DNA of 63,897 nt, the filler included, from Nemertoderma westbladi (taxonomy: Eukaryota > Animalia > Xenacoelomorpha), in NCBI GenBank assembly GCA_032718475.1. It is 3 parts of 3 records of this genome, joined end to end, with 100 filler letters (N's around TTAATTAATTAA, not from the genome) between each part and the next. Parts side by side here need not be neighbours in the genome. Positions count along the whole stretch, not along the records: positions 1 to 17,436 come from JAUCBJ010005294.1; positions 17,537 to 40,008 come from JAUCBJ010003585.1; 1 more part is not named here. One strand, 5' to 3'. The notes under the pieces are model-generated. The model had not been told where the DNA came from. It made no database searches and worked only from the letters and a program-made list of their open reading frames with translations. Each line of letters begins with the position of its first letter. Positions within the stretch are counted from its first letter, which is position 1. Positions 12,501 to 24,952 of this stretch are shown here, in pieces. The position numbers and the translations under genes are program-made.

Positions 12501-12996
12501 GAAGTAGTAGTAGAAGTAGCAGTAGTGTGACAGCTGACAGACTGCAGCTGCAGGACTGAACTGCTAGGCCTACCACGAGCCCCACATCGGCGACCACGAA
12601 TTAAGCTTTCACGCAAACAACAAACGTGTAAAATAAAACCCGGAGACAGTGACAGCTGTCTGCATCGTGTTAATTAATACGCATTGAATAAGCCACAAAG
12701 CAAGGAATGAGAGCGAAAACTGACGACGTGTATCAATGGACATACATACATACATATACATACAAACTGAGCAGATTTATATACATTAGATAGATATATG
12801 TGATATACGGTTATAAAACCTTCAGCAAATAAATCTCTATAACTACTTCAGCCGCACCCGCAATAAAATTCAATAAACGATTAAACATAATGACCATCCA
12901 AGACAGGATAATTTCTCTAAAACACTACTTGGATGCGAGATGTGGATAAAATCAAGGTGTGTCATTATCTCGTTTATTGTTAAATACAATACTCGT

Positions 12997-13069
12997 GGTT
13001 CAGTAGTGTAGTGGTTATCACGTGTGCCTCACACGCACAAGGTCCCCGGTTCGAGCCCGGGCTGAACCA
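12997..13069 (+). tRNA. tRNA-Val(CAC)
   Basis: Acceptor stem GGTTCAG/CTGAACC, D-arm GTGTAGTGGTTATCAC, anticodon arm TGTGC-CTCACAC-GCACA and T-arm CCCGG-TTCGAGC-CCGGG; 73 nt, followed by a T7 Pol III terminator. Confidence 0.95.
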
Positions 13070-13168
13070 GTAATTTTTTTCACATTACCTAAAAGTAACA
13101 TTTTTTTTTTTACTAAAATAACCTACGCGTAATATTTCCAATATTAAAATAACGCATATGTAAACTAA

Positions 13169-13358
13169 GGCCGGGTTCACACTACCGAGTCAAAGTCCAA
13201 GTCAAAAGAAAATAAATATAGCTATCTAGCAATAATAAATAATAATACATTATATAGGCTTAATTTAATACAGAAGGGGGTTCTAGAAAAAATTAAATAT
13301 CATGTTTTGTGATTTACATTTTGTCTTTTGACTTTGACTCGGTAGTGTGAACGCGGCC
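13169..13358. mobile_element. PIF/Harbinger-type MITE (190 bp)
   Basis: TIR GGCCGGGTTCACACTACCGAGTCAAAGTC / GACTTTGACTCGGTAGTGTGAACGCGGCC (1 mismatch), flanked by TAA on both sides. Confidence 0.85.
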
Positions 13359-13497
13359 TAACGCATATGTAATAAATATTTACATACTACTACTGCAGCT
13401 GTCATGTTTGTGACAAGCCGGCATATTTGGTACCAACATGGTCAATTTCATCATATTTTTTGGCGACTTTTCTTTATTTCATTTTAATTTTCTCTTA

Positions 13498-13716
13498 TGT
13501 GGTGTGGGTCGTTTTACCTGCTGTATTGAGTGGTGTGGGTTGTTTTACCTGCTGTATTGAGTGGTGTGGGTTGTTTTACCTGCTGTATTGAGTGGTGTGG
13601 GTTGTTTTACCTGCTGTATTGAGTGGTGTGGGCTGTTTTACCTGCTGTATTGAGTGGTGTGGGTTGTTTTACCTGCTGTATTGAGTGGTGTGGGTGTGGT
13701 GTGGGTTGTTTTACCT
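13498..13716. repeat. 31-bp minisatellite, copy 1 (GAGTGGTGTGGGTTGTTTTACCTGCTGTATT)
   Basis: About 7 tandem units; duplicated at 15511-15730. Confidence 0.92.
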
Positions 13717-13771
13717 GAGCTGTAGCTGATATTTTAGAACTTTAATCTTGTTCTCGTTCTAAATGGACCAA

Positions 13772-15339
13772 TATAAACTAACTGCTCTAGGAGTTTAACT
13801 ATAAACTAACTGCTCTAGGAGTTTAACTATAAACTAACTGCTCTAGGAGTTTAACTATAAACTAACTGCTCTAGGAGTTTAACTATAAACTAACTGCTCT
13901 AGGAGTTTAACTATAAACTAACTGCTCTAGGAGTTTAACTATAAACTAACAGCTCTAGGAGTTTAACTATAAACTAACTGCTCTAGGAGTTTAACTATAA
14001 ACTAACTGCTCTAGGAGTTTAACTATAAACTAACAGCTCTAGGAGTTTAACTATAAACTAACTGCTCTAGGAGTTTAACTATAAACTAACTGCTCTAGGA
14101 GTTTAACTATAAACTAACTGCTCTAGGAGTTTAACTATAAACTAACTGCTCTAGGAGTTTAACTATAAACTAACTGCTCTAGGAGTTTAACTATAAACTA
14201 ACTGCTCTAGGAGTTTAACTATAAACTAACTGCTCTAGGAGTTTAACTATAAACTAACTGCTCTAGGAGTTTAACTATAAACTAACTGCTCTAGGAGTTT
14301 AACTATAAACTAACTGCTCTAGGAGTTTAACTATAAACTAACTGCTCTAGGAGTTTAACTATAAACTAACTGCTCTAGGAGTTTAACTATAAACTAACTG
14401 CTCTAGGAGTTTAACTATAAACTAACAGCTCTAGGAGTTTAACTATAAACTAACTGCTCTAGGAGTTTAACTATAAACTAACTGCTCTAGGAGTTTAACT
14501 ATAAACTAACTGCTCTAGGAGTTTAACTATAAACTAACTGCTCTAGGAGTTTAACTATAAACTAACTGCTCTAGGAGTTTAACTATAAACTAACTGCTCT
14601 AGGAGTTTAACTATAAACTAACTGCTCTAGGAGTTTAACTATAAACTAACTGCTCTAGGAGTTTAACTATAAACTAACTGCTCTAGGAGTTTAACTATAA
14701 ACTAACTGCTCTAGGAGTTTAACTATAAACTAACTGCTCTAGGAGTTTAACTATAAACTAACTGCTCTAGGAGTTTAACTATAAACTAACTGCTCTAGGA
14801 GTTTAACTATAAACTAACTGCTCTAGGAGTTTAACTATAAACTAACTGCTCTAGGAGTTTAACTATAAACTAACTGCTCTAGGAGTTTAACTATAAACTA
14901 ACTGCTCTAGGAGTTTAACTATAAACTAACTGCTCTAGGAGTTTAACTATAAACTAACTGCTCTAGGAGTTTAACTATAAACTAACTGCTCTAGGAGTTT
15001 AACTATAAACTAACTGCTCTAGGAGTTTAACTATAAACTAACTGCTCTAGGAGTTTAACTATAAACTAACTGCTCTAGGAGTTTAACTATAAACTAACTG
15101 CTCTAGGAGTTTAACTATAAACTAACTGCTCTAGGAGTTTAACTATAAACTAACTGCTCTAGGAGTTTAACTATAAACTAACTGCTCTAGGAGTTTAACT
15201 ATAAACTAACTGCTCTAGGAGTTTAACTATAAACTAACTGCTCTAGGAGTTTAACTATAAACTAACTGCTCTAGGAGTTTAACTATAAACTAACTGCTCT
15301 AGGAGTTTAACTATAAACTAACTGCTCTAGGAGTTTAAC
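13772..15339. repeat. 28-bp minisatellite (AACTATAAACTAACTGCTCTAGGAGTTT), ~56 copies
   Basis: Near-perfect 28-bp period (420 bp = 15 units). Confidence 0.96.
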
Positions 15340-15487
15340 ATATATTAATTCTGATGCATAACGCCATCTTTCGCCATTTGGCTAAACAAAATTTCGGGTG
15401 GGTTATAGTTATAGTATATATTTGATGCTAAAAAAATAAATAAATAAATTATTTATTAAATAAATAAATAAATAAAATAAATTAACT

Positions 15488-16370
15488 TATTTCATTTTAA
15501 TTTTCTCTTATGTGGTGTGGGTTGTTTTACCTGCTGTATTGAGTGGTGTGGGTTGTTTTACCTGCTGTATTGAGTGGTGTGGGTTGTTTTACCTGCTGTA
15601 TTGAGTGGTGTGGGTTGTTTTACCTGCTGTATTGAGTGGTGTGGGTTGTTTTACCTGCTGTATTGAGTGGTGTGGGTTGTTTTACCTGCTGTATTGAGTG
15701 GTGTGGGTGTGGTGTGGGTTGTTTTACCTGAGCTGTAGCTGATATTTTAGAACTTTAATCTTGTTCTCGTTCTAAATGGACCAATATAAACTAACTGCTC
15801 TAGGAGTTTAACTATAAACTAACTGCTCTAGGAGTTTAACTATAAACTAACTGCTCTAGGAGTTTAACTATAAACTAACTGCTCTAGGAGTTTAACTATA
15901 AACTAACTGCTCTAGGAGTTTAACTATAAACTAACTGCTCTAGGAGTTTAACTATAAACTAACAGCTCTAGGAGTTTAACTATAAACTAACTGCTCTAGG
16001 AGTTTAACTATAAACTAACTGCTCTAGGAGTTTAACTATAAACTAACTGCTCTAGGAGTTTAACTATAAACTAACTGCTCTAGGAGTTTAACTATAAACT
16101 AACTGCTCTAGGAGTTTAACTATAAACTAACTGCTCTAGGAGTTTAACTATAAACTAACTGCTCTAGGAGTTTAACTATAAACTAACTGCTCTAGGAGTT
16201 TAACTATAAACTAACTGCTCTAGGAGTTTAACTATAAACTAACTGCTCTAGGAGTTTAACATATTTTAATTATGATGCATAACGCCATCTTTCGCCATTT
16301 GGCTAAACAAAATTTCGGGTGGGTTATAGTTATAGTATATATTTGATGCTAAAAAAATAAATAAATAAAT
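15488..16370. repeat. Tandem segmental duplicate of 13475-15450 (31-mer array, spacer, ~17 x 28-mer, unique tail)
   Basis: Same order of blocks and near-identical spacer and tail sequences (GAGCTGTAGCTGATATTTTAGAAC...; GATGCATAACGCCATCTTTCGCC...). Confidence 0.9.
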
Positions 16371-16601
16371 ACAGCTAATCGCAAAATAAATTTATATTTT
16401 ACTTTATTATAGATCTCATATTTGCATTTAAATTCCGTAAATATTAGTAAACAACTAAATTTATTTATTAAAATTTATATATTTATTAAAAGGAATAGAA
16501 TCCAGTAAACTGTTCGATTGTGTTTGATATTGTTCATTATTTGTTATTATTTATTTTATTTACGTTACAAATAAATCCATTGACTTTTACATAATAATTA
16601 C

Positions 16602-16751
16602 CTGGGTAGAATCTCAGTAAACCAGTGTGACTCGCGAAATACTGCCAGAATAACGGCTGGCTTTCAGCCTTACTGGCCAGATGGTCGTAGTTATTTTTAA
16701 AGACTTCACTTAACTTGGAGGCCCAGCGTAAATCGTGGAGAATTTCTTCGC
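16602..16751 (-). CDS. CACNA2D: CACNA2D-like exon B
   Basis: (S)EEILHDLRWASKLSEVFKNNYD...LFWQYFASHTGLLRFYP(G); WQYFxSxxGxxRxYP is typical of alpha2-delta. Bounded by ttttag| and |gtaatt; 150 nt, phase 1 to 1. Confidence 0.9.
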
Positions 16752-17017
16752 CTAAAACGATTACCATAGTAAATCAATAAAAATTAACTTAAATTTGTTG
16801 TCAAAATTACAGCATTAACCATAATTATTTGTGAAATATCCATTTTCGCAATGTTATCGAACTATCAAACTCACCCCCCCCCCCCCCCCCCCCTACCGAT
16901 AGATTTCTTTAAAAGTCTTTATCAATTCACTCTTATGTAGCAAAACTATACAGTACAGGAAGAAGATCACATAATCAACATAAAATAATATTTGAAGTAA
17001 AATATTAAATAACTCAC

Positions 17018-17156
17018 TTCCATCGTAAATCTCAGTAGGTATTTGCACCGCGCTCGTCTCGAATGTAACATTTAAATTAAATTGAGGACTGAATTTCGCT
17101 TCGATATTTTCACTCCAGTTCTTGGCGTTTAGTGTTTCGGCCCAAATGTGATCGTG
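17018..17156 (-). CDS. CACNA2D: CACNA2D-like (voltage-gated Ca channel alpha2-delta) exon A, VWA_N region
   Basis: Manual translation gives HDHIWAETLNAKNWSENIEAKFSPQFNLNVTFETSAVQIPTEIYDG, matching the alpha2-delta SAVQIPTxIY motif. Bounded by tag| and |gtgagt; 139 nt, phase 0 to 1, joins in frame to 16602-16751. Confidence 0.85.
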
Positions 17157-17436
17157 CTACAAATATATTATAGATGATGGAATCACCTGGCGGCTATATA
17201 AAAAATATTTACCGATAACAATCATTGCATAAATATAAGGAGCAGACGACCAAGAAGGGGTTGGGTTCGCGTTGTAGACAAGTTTCTACTACTATAAACG
17301 GTCTGCTGCATTGAAGCTGCACATTGAGATGATATGCTGGATTAACAACAATATTTTTACCACCACTATGTAATCCACAATTGGTTCGCTCCAATGTAGG
17401 AATGCTACGCCGGCTTACTGTCACAATTTCGCAGCA

Positions 17437-17536
17437 NNNNNNNNNNNNNNNNNNNNNNNNNNNNNNNNNNNNNNNNNNNNTTAATTAATTAANNNNNNNN
17501 NNNNNNNNNNNNNNNNNNNNNNNNNNNNNNNNNNNN
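17437..17536. other. Artificial contig spacer
   Basis: 44 N + TTAATTAATTAA (stops in six frames) + 44 N = exactly 100 bp. Confidence 0.97.
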
Positions 17537-20500
17537 AAGGTAAGATAATGCCATCGCTGACTGCCAGTTCTATAAAAGGTAAGATAATGCCATCGCAGAG
17601 TGCCAGTTCTATTAAAAGGTAAGATAATGCCATCGCTGACTGCCAGTTCTATAAAAAGGTAAGATAATGCCATCGCAGAGTGCCAGTTCTAAAAAGGTAA
17701 GATAATGCCATCGCTGACTGCCAGTTCTATTAAAAGGTAAGATAATGCCATCGCTGACTGCCAGTTCTATAAAAAGGTAGGATAATGCCATCGCTGACTG
17801 CCAGTTCTATAAAAAGGTAAGATAATGCCATCGCTGACTGCCAGTTCTATTAAAAGGTAAGATAATGCCATCGCAGAGTGCCAGTTCTATAAAAGGTAAG
17901 ATAATGCCATCGCAGAGTGCCAGTTCTATTAAAAGGTAAGATAATGCCATCGCTGACTGCCAGTTCTATAAAAAGGTAAGATAATGCCATCGCAGAGTGC
18001 CAGTTCGATAAAAAGGTAAGATAATGCCATCGCTGACTGCCAGTTCTATAAAAAGGTAAGATAATGCCATCGCAGACTGCCAGTTCTATAAAAGGTAAGA
18101 TAATGCCATCGCTGACTGTCAGTTCTATTAAAAGGTAAGATAATGCCATCGCTGACTGCCAGTTCTATAAAAAGGTAAGATAATGCCATCGCAGAGTGCC
18201 AGTTCGATAAAAAGGTAAGATAATGCCATCGCAGAGTGCCAGTTCTATAAAAGGTAAGATAATGCCATCGCTGACTGCCAGTTCTATTAAAAGGTAAGAT
18301 AATGCCATCGCTGACTGCCAGTTCTATAAAAAGGTAAGATAATGCCATCGCAGAGTGCCAGTTCGATAAAAAGGTAAGATAATGCCATCGCAGACTGCCA
18401 GTTCTATTAAAAGGTAAGATAATGCCATCGCTGACTGCCAGTTCTATAAAAAGGTAAGATAATGCCATCGCTGACTGCCAGTTCTATAAAAAGGTAAGAT
18501 AATGCCATCGCTGACTGCCAGTTCTATTAAAAGGTAAGATAATGCCATCGCTGACTGCCAGTTCTATTAAAAGGTAAGATAATGCCATCGCAGAGTGCCA
18601 GTTCTATAAAAAGGTAAGATAATGCCATCGCAGAGTGCCAGTTCTATAAAAAGGTAAGATAATGCCATCGCAGACTGCCAGTTCTATAAAAGGTAAGATA
18701 ATGCCATCGCTGACTGCCAGTTCTATAAAAGGTAAGATAATGCCATCGCAGAGTGCCAGTTCTATAAAAGGTAAGATAATGCCATCGCAGAGTGCCAGTT
18801 CTATTAAAAGGTAAGATAATGCCATCGCAGAGTGCCAGTTCTATAAAAAGGTAAGATAATGCCATCGCTGACTGCCAGTTCTATAAAAGGTAAGATAATG
18901 CCATCGCTGACTGCCAGTTCTATAAAAAGGTAAGATAATGCCATCGCTGACTGCCAGTTCTATAAAAAGGTAAGATAATGCCATCGCTGACTGCCAGTTC
19001 TATAAAAAGGTAAGATAATGCCATCGCAGACTGCCAGTTCTATAAAAAGGTAAGATAATGCCATCGCTGACTGCCAGTTCTATAAAAAGGTAAGATAATG
19101 CCATCGCAGAGTGCCAGTTCTAAAAAGGTAAGATAATGCCATCGCAGACTGCCAGTTCTATAAAAGGTAAGATATTGCCATCGCTGACTGCAGTTCTATA
19201 AAAAGGTAAGATAATGCCATCGCTGACTGCCAGTTCTATAAAAAGGTAAGATAATGCCATCGCTGACTGCCAGTTCTATAAAAAGGTAAGATAATGCCAT
19301 CGCAGAGTGCCAGTTCTATTAAAAGGTAAGATATGCCATCGCAGAGTGCCAGTTCTATTAAAAGGTAAGATATATGCCATCGCTGACTGCCAGTTCTATA
19401 AAAAGGTAAGATAATGCCATCGCAGAGTGCCAGTTCGATAAAAAGGTAAGATAATGCCATCGCTGACTGCCAGTTCTATAAAAAGGTAAGATAATGCCAT
19501 CGCAGAGTGCCAGTTCTAAAAAGGTAAGATAATTCCATCGCTGACTGTCAGTTATATTAAAAGGTAAGATAATGCCATCGCTGACTGCCAGTTCTATAAA
19601 AAGGTAAGATAATGCCATCGCAGAGTGCCAGTTCGATAAAAAGGTAAGATAATGCCATCGCAGAGTGCCAGTTCTAAAAAGCTAAGATAATTCCATCACT
19701 GACTGTCAGTTCTATTAAAAGGTAAGATAATGCCATCGCAGAGTGCCAGTTCTATTAAAAGGTAAGATAATGCCATCGCTGACTGCCAGTTCTATAAAAA
19801 GGTAAGATAATGCCATCGCAGAGTGCCAGTTCGATAAAAAGGTAAGATAATGCCATCGCAGACTGCCAGTTCTATTAAAAGGTAAGATAATGCCATCGCA
19901 GAGGCCAGTTCTAAATAGGTAAGATAATTCCATCGCTGACTGTCAGTTCTATTAAAAGGTAAGATAATGCCATCGCTGACTGCCAGTTCTATTAAAAGGT
20001 AAGATAATGCCATCGCAGAGTGCCAGTTCTATTAAAAGGTAAGATATGCCATCGCAGACTGCCAGTTCTATAAAAAGGTAAGATAATTGCCATCGCTGAC
20101 TGCCAGTTCTAAAAAGGTAAGATAATGCTATCGCTGACTGTCAGTTCTATAAATAGGTAAGATATGCCATCGCTGACTGTCAGTTCTATAAAAAGGTAAG
20201 ATAATGCCATCGCTGACTGCCAGTTCTATAAAAAGGTAAGATAATGCCATCGCTGACTGCCAGTTCTATAAAAAGGTAAGATAATGCCATCGCAGACTGC
20301 CAGTTCTATAAAAAGGTAAGATAATGCCATCGCTGACTGCCAGTTCTATAAAAAGGTAAGATATGCCATCGCAGAGTGCCAGTTCTAAAAAGGTAAGATA
20401 ATGCCATCGCAGACTGCCAGTTCTATAAAAAGGTAATATAATGTCATCGCAGACTGCCAGTTCTATAAAAAGGTAAGATAATGCCATCGCTGACTGCCAG

Positions 20501-22245
20501 TTCTATTAAAAGGTAAGATATGCCATCGCAGAGTGCCAGTTCTAAAAAGTAAGATAATGCCATCGCAGACTGCCAGTTCTATAAAAAGGTAATATAATGC
20601 CATCGCAGACTGCCAGTTCTATAAAAAGGTAAGATAATGCCATCGCTGACTGCCAGTTCTATTAAAAGGTAATATAATGCCATCGCAGAGTGCCAGTTCT
20701 ATTAAAAGGTAAGATATGCCATCGCAGAGTGCCAGTTCTAAAAAGGTAAGATATTGCCATCGCTGACTGCCAGTTCTAAATAGGTAAGATAATGCCATCG
20801 CTGACTGCCAGTTCTATAAAAAGGTAAGATAATGCCATCGCAGAGTGCCAGTTCTATTAAAAGGTAAGATATGCCATCGCAGATTGCCAGTTCTAAAACG
20901 GTAAGATAATGCCATCGCTGACTGCCAGTTCTAAATAGGTAAGATAACGCCATCGCTGACTGCCAGTTCTTTAAAAAGGTAAGATAATGCCATCGCAGAG
21001 TGCCAGTTCTATTAAAAGGTAAGATATGCCATCGCAGAGTGCCAGTTCTAAAACGGTAAGATAATGCCATCGCTGACTGCCAGTTCTAAATAGGTAAGAT
21101 AATGCCATCGCTGACTGCCAGTTCTATAAAAAGGTAATATAATGCCATCGCAGAGTGCCAGTTCTATTAAAAGGTAAGATATGCCATCGCAGAGTGCCAG
21201 TTCTAAAACGGTAAGATAATGCCATCGCTGACTGCCAGTTCTAAATAGGTAAGATAATGCCATCGCTGACTGCCAGTTCTATAAAAAGGTAAGATAATGC
21301 CATCGCTGACTGCCAGTTCTATAAAAAGGTAAGATAATGCCATCGCAGACTGCCAGTTCTATAAAAAGGTAAGATAATGCCATCGCTGACTGTCAGTTCT
21401 ATAAAAAGGTAAAGGTAATTGCCATCGCTGACTGCCAGTTCTATAAAAAGGTAAAGGTAATTGCCATCGCTGACTGCCAGTTCTATAAAAAGGTAAGATA
21501 ATGCCATCGCAGACTGCCAGTTCTATAAAAAGGTAAGATAATGCCATCGCTGACTGTCAGTTCTATAAAAAGGTAAAGGTAATTGCCATCGCTGACTGCC
21601 AGTTCTATAAAAAGGTAAGATTATGCCATCGCTGACTGTCAGTTCTATAAAAAGGTAAAGGTAATTGCCATCGCTGACTGCCAGTTCTATTAAAAGGTAA
21701 GATAATGCCATCGCTGACTGCCAGTTCTATAAAAAGGTAAGATAATGCCATCGCAGACTGCCAGTTCTATAAAAAGGTAAGATAATGCCATCGCTGACTG
21801 TCAGTTCTATAAAAAGGTAAAGGTAATTGCCATCGCTGACTGCCAGTTCTATAAAAAGGTAAGATAATGCCATCGCTGACTGTCAGTTCTATAAAAAGGT
21901 AAAGGTAATTGCCATCGCTGACTGCCAGTTCTATTAAAAGGTAAGATAATGCCATCGCTGACTGCCAGTTCTATAAAAAGGTAAGATAATGCCATCGCAG
22001 ACTGCCAGTTCTATAAAAAGGTAAGATAATGCCATCGCTGACTGTCAGTTCTATAAAAAGGTAAAGGTAATTGCCATCGCTGACTGCCAGTTCTATAAAA
22101 AGGTAAGATAATGCCATCGCTGACTGTCAGTTCTATAAAAAGGTAAAGGTAATTGCCATCGCTGACTGCCAGTTCTATTAAAAGGTAAGATAATGCCATC
22201 GCTGACTGCCAGTTCTATAAAAAGGTAAGATTATGCCATCGCTGA
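17537..22245. repeat. ~40-bp minisatellite, ~118 copies, each with an AAG|GTAAGA donor-like site
   Basis: Unit AAAAAGGTAAGATAATGCCATCGCTGACTGCCAGTTCTAT, with a 244-bp higher-order period near 21500-22200. Confidence 0.96.
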
Positions 22246-22327
22246 TCACCAGTTGTATAAAAAATATTGAGATGATAATAATAATAATAATAATAATGTT
22301 ATGTATTATGTTCATATTCTTCTACAG

Positions 22328-22858
22328 ACTTGGGTCAAACGATTTGACAACGCTCAACCCATCTCTACTCCCGAGTCGCCCTGCACGCCGCTAAAGAAAC
22401 GAATTCTTTATTCCAATGGGGAGTCTCCAGAGGTTTCCTTGGCAATAAGCATAAACAACGACCCCGGGAGAACGGCCATGGTATCCATTGATACCGCCAA
22501 TTACGCCGCTGGTATATCTAGCGCTGTTGTTGTGGAACATAGAGAGTTGAAGGATGAACAATGTGTAACTGTTCCACAATCAGTCGGATCGGTTCCACAG
22601 CCGGTTGGAACAATTCCCGAAACAGAAGGAACGATAGCAACTCCACAACCAGTTGGGGCAGTTATTAAACTAACTGGCACGCCAGCTATATACTACCAGA
22701 GATCAACTGCAGCTGTAACACCCGCTGAAACCACAGTTAGCACCGTGGCCCCATCCAATACAGATACTACGTGTAAGGAGGCGGTTGTAGCTGATAATGC
22801 CGGCGCTGTTACAGACCAACAGAGTAATAAAGTGGTCTCTAATACAATACAGTACGAG
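22328..22858 (+). CDS. Large disordered nuclear protein, probable KMT2E(MLL5)/SETD5/UpSET-like; first visible exon
   Basis: ctacag| TWVKRFDNAQPISTPESPCTPLKKRIL...QYE |gttagt; 531 nt, phase 0 to 0. TPLKKR recalls the KMT2E/SETD5 motif. Confidence 0.72.
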
Positions 22859-23380
22859 GTTAGTCAATGCGTTTCATACTGCACCTAACTGTTTGTTACT
22901 TTTTGGCACCCTTTAATTGTTTTGCTTCAATTAGAGCAGCACTTATGCACGCATGCCAGTTGCACCCAATTCTAAATGTTTTATCGTTTGTGGTTGCCGA
23001 ATTTAGTTTCTATTGTTTTCTATCGGTTGCTGAGTTCTACTGCATATACCATAGCACACAATATATATATGTATATACACAATATATATATGGACATCCC
23101 CCATTTAATGTAGTGCTATATTATGCCGACATAGCATATAGTTTGAGCCGCCATAACATTCTTATTGCACGCTGCATCACTGCAAGTTAATTGTGGATTG
23201 CATGGTGGTGACACAAATTTTTTGTTAAGCCATCATAGCATCTGTGCAGCTTCAATGCAGCAGGCCGATTATAGATAGATATGCCGTAGCATGTTATAAT
23301 AGCATCCATAGTAATTTCATATATAGTCTTTGTATGTTGACTGTTTTCATTAGCTACATTAGGTAAATACATTATTTTAG

Positions 23381-24952
23381 CTGATCTCCTCACCGGATAC
23401 CTTGCCTTTATCATCTGGCCAATCGAAGGGGTCCGTTGAAGACACCAACCAATCACAGGCGTCTGGGGAAGTTTCCAGCCAATCACAGGGGTCCGAGGAA
23501 GTCACCAACCATTCGCTCTCGGTTCCGTTCCGGACATCTGATGATCCGATTCGTTGCATCTCGGGCCCTCCGGTACTCTATCCTTTCGACACGTCGCCCC
23601 CAAGTCCTGAAAGTCTATATATTTTGGGCCATTGTAGACAGCGGTCTTTCAGTGAAAATGCTTCGATTGATACATATAGTCGCAATACTCCCAGAGGTGG
23701 TGGACGCAAACAAATACCAAATATAACCGTCGCCCAGCCAGAACGAATCGCTTCACCGATCAATCAATCGAATCACCATCGCTTACAACAACATGTCACA
23801 CCTACGTACGATGATCAACATACTACAGCTGTTGTAGCCCGCAAACACTCATCCACACTTACTATACTACGGTTCCCTTCACCAGAAAGTACATCATTTG
23901 CCTTCCACCAGAACAGACAAGCACATCCTGATGTATACGCACCAAAAGAATGGATACCCAGCCTGCACCCATCTGGAAAAACTGTACCCCGCATGTACCC
24001 TCATAGAGAAACTTTACCTAGCCTGCACCCTCCTAGAGAAACTTTACCTACCCTGCACCCTCCTAGAGAAACTTTACCTAGCCTGCACCCTCCTAGAGAA
24101 ACTTTACCTAGCATGCACCCTCCTAGAGAAACTTTACCTAGCCTGCACCCATCTAGAGAAACTTTACCTACCCTGCACCCTCCTAGAGAAACTTTACCTA
24201 GCCTGCACCCTCCTAGAGAAACTTTACCTACCCTGCATCCTCCTAGAGAAACTTTACCTAGTATGCACCCTCCTAGAGAAACTTTACCTAGCCTGCACCC
24301 TCCTAGAGAAATTTTACCTAGCCTGCACCCATCTAGAGAAACTTTACCTACCCTGCACCCTCCTAGAGAAACTTTACCTAGCCTGCACCCTCCTAGAGAA
24401 ACTTTACCTAGCCTGCAGCCTCCTAGAGAAACTTTACCTAGCCTGCACCCTCCTAGAGAAACTTTACCTAGCCTGCACCCTCCTAGAGAAACTTTACCTA
24501 GCCTGCACCCATCTAGAGAAACTTTACCTAGCCTGCACCCCTCTAGAAAAACTGTACCCAACCTACACCCACCCAAAGTGAGGAATATTCCCACAACCCA
24601 CCCCAAACACCTCCAACCTCGCACTCCAAACCCGAGCTTCACTACTAAAGTATACGAATCCATCAACAAGTCCTTAATCCATGGTTCGAACCCACCTCGC
24701 ACCCCTACAACACCTCCAAACCAATTCGGTATCCGTGACACCCCCCAGAGTCCTGACCCCCTCAGTAACCATGCCAACCCCGGACCCCCTAGTAACCATT
24801 CCGACAGCCGCGGGAGCCCCTGTCCCGCACGACAGAAGGCCCCTCTCCGAACTTCGGCTGTCTGCAGTGTCAACGATAGCCCAGTTGTCGTAGTGATCAG
24901 TTCCCCCCCTCCACGACCTCAGGTGGGACATCAACAGGGATCTCATACTCAG
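23381..24952 (+). CDS. Same gene, exon 2 (524 codons, includes the LHPPRETLPS repeat)
   Basis: ttttag| LISSPDTLPLSSG...GSHTQ |gtgagt; open throughout, phase 0 to 0. Alternative donors lie nearby. Confidence 0.72.
23960..24550 (+). repeat. Coding 30-bp tandem repeat (LHPPRETLPS, ~19 copies)
   Basis: Unit CTGCACCCTCCTAGAGAAACTTTACCTAGC, in frame within the exon. Confidence 0.93.

Noticed and set aside
17537-22245. CRISPR-like array or many small ORFs
   Set aside because: Units are contiguous with no unique spacers, there are no cas genes, and the DNA is eukaryotic. The same applies to 13772-15339 and 40109-43803.
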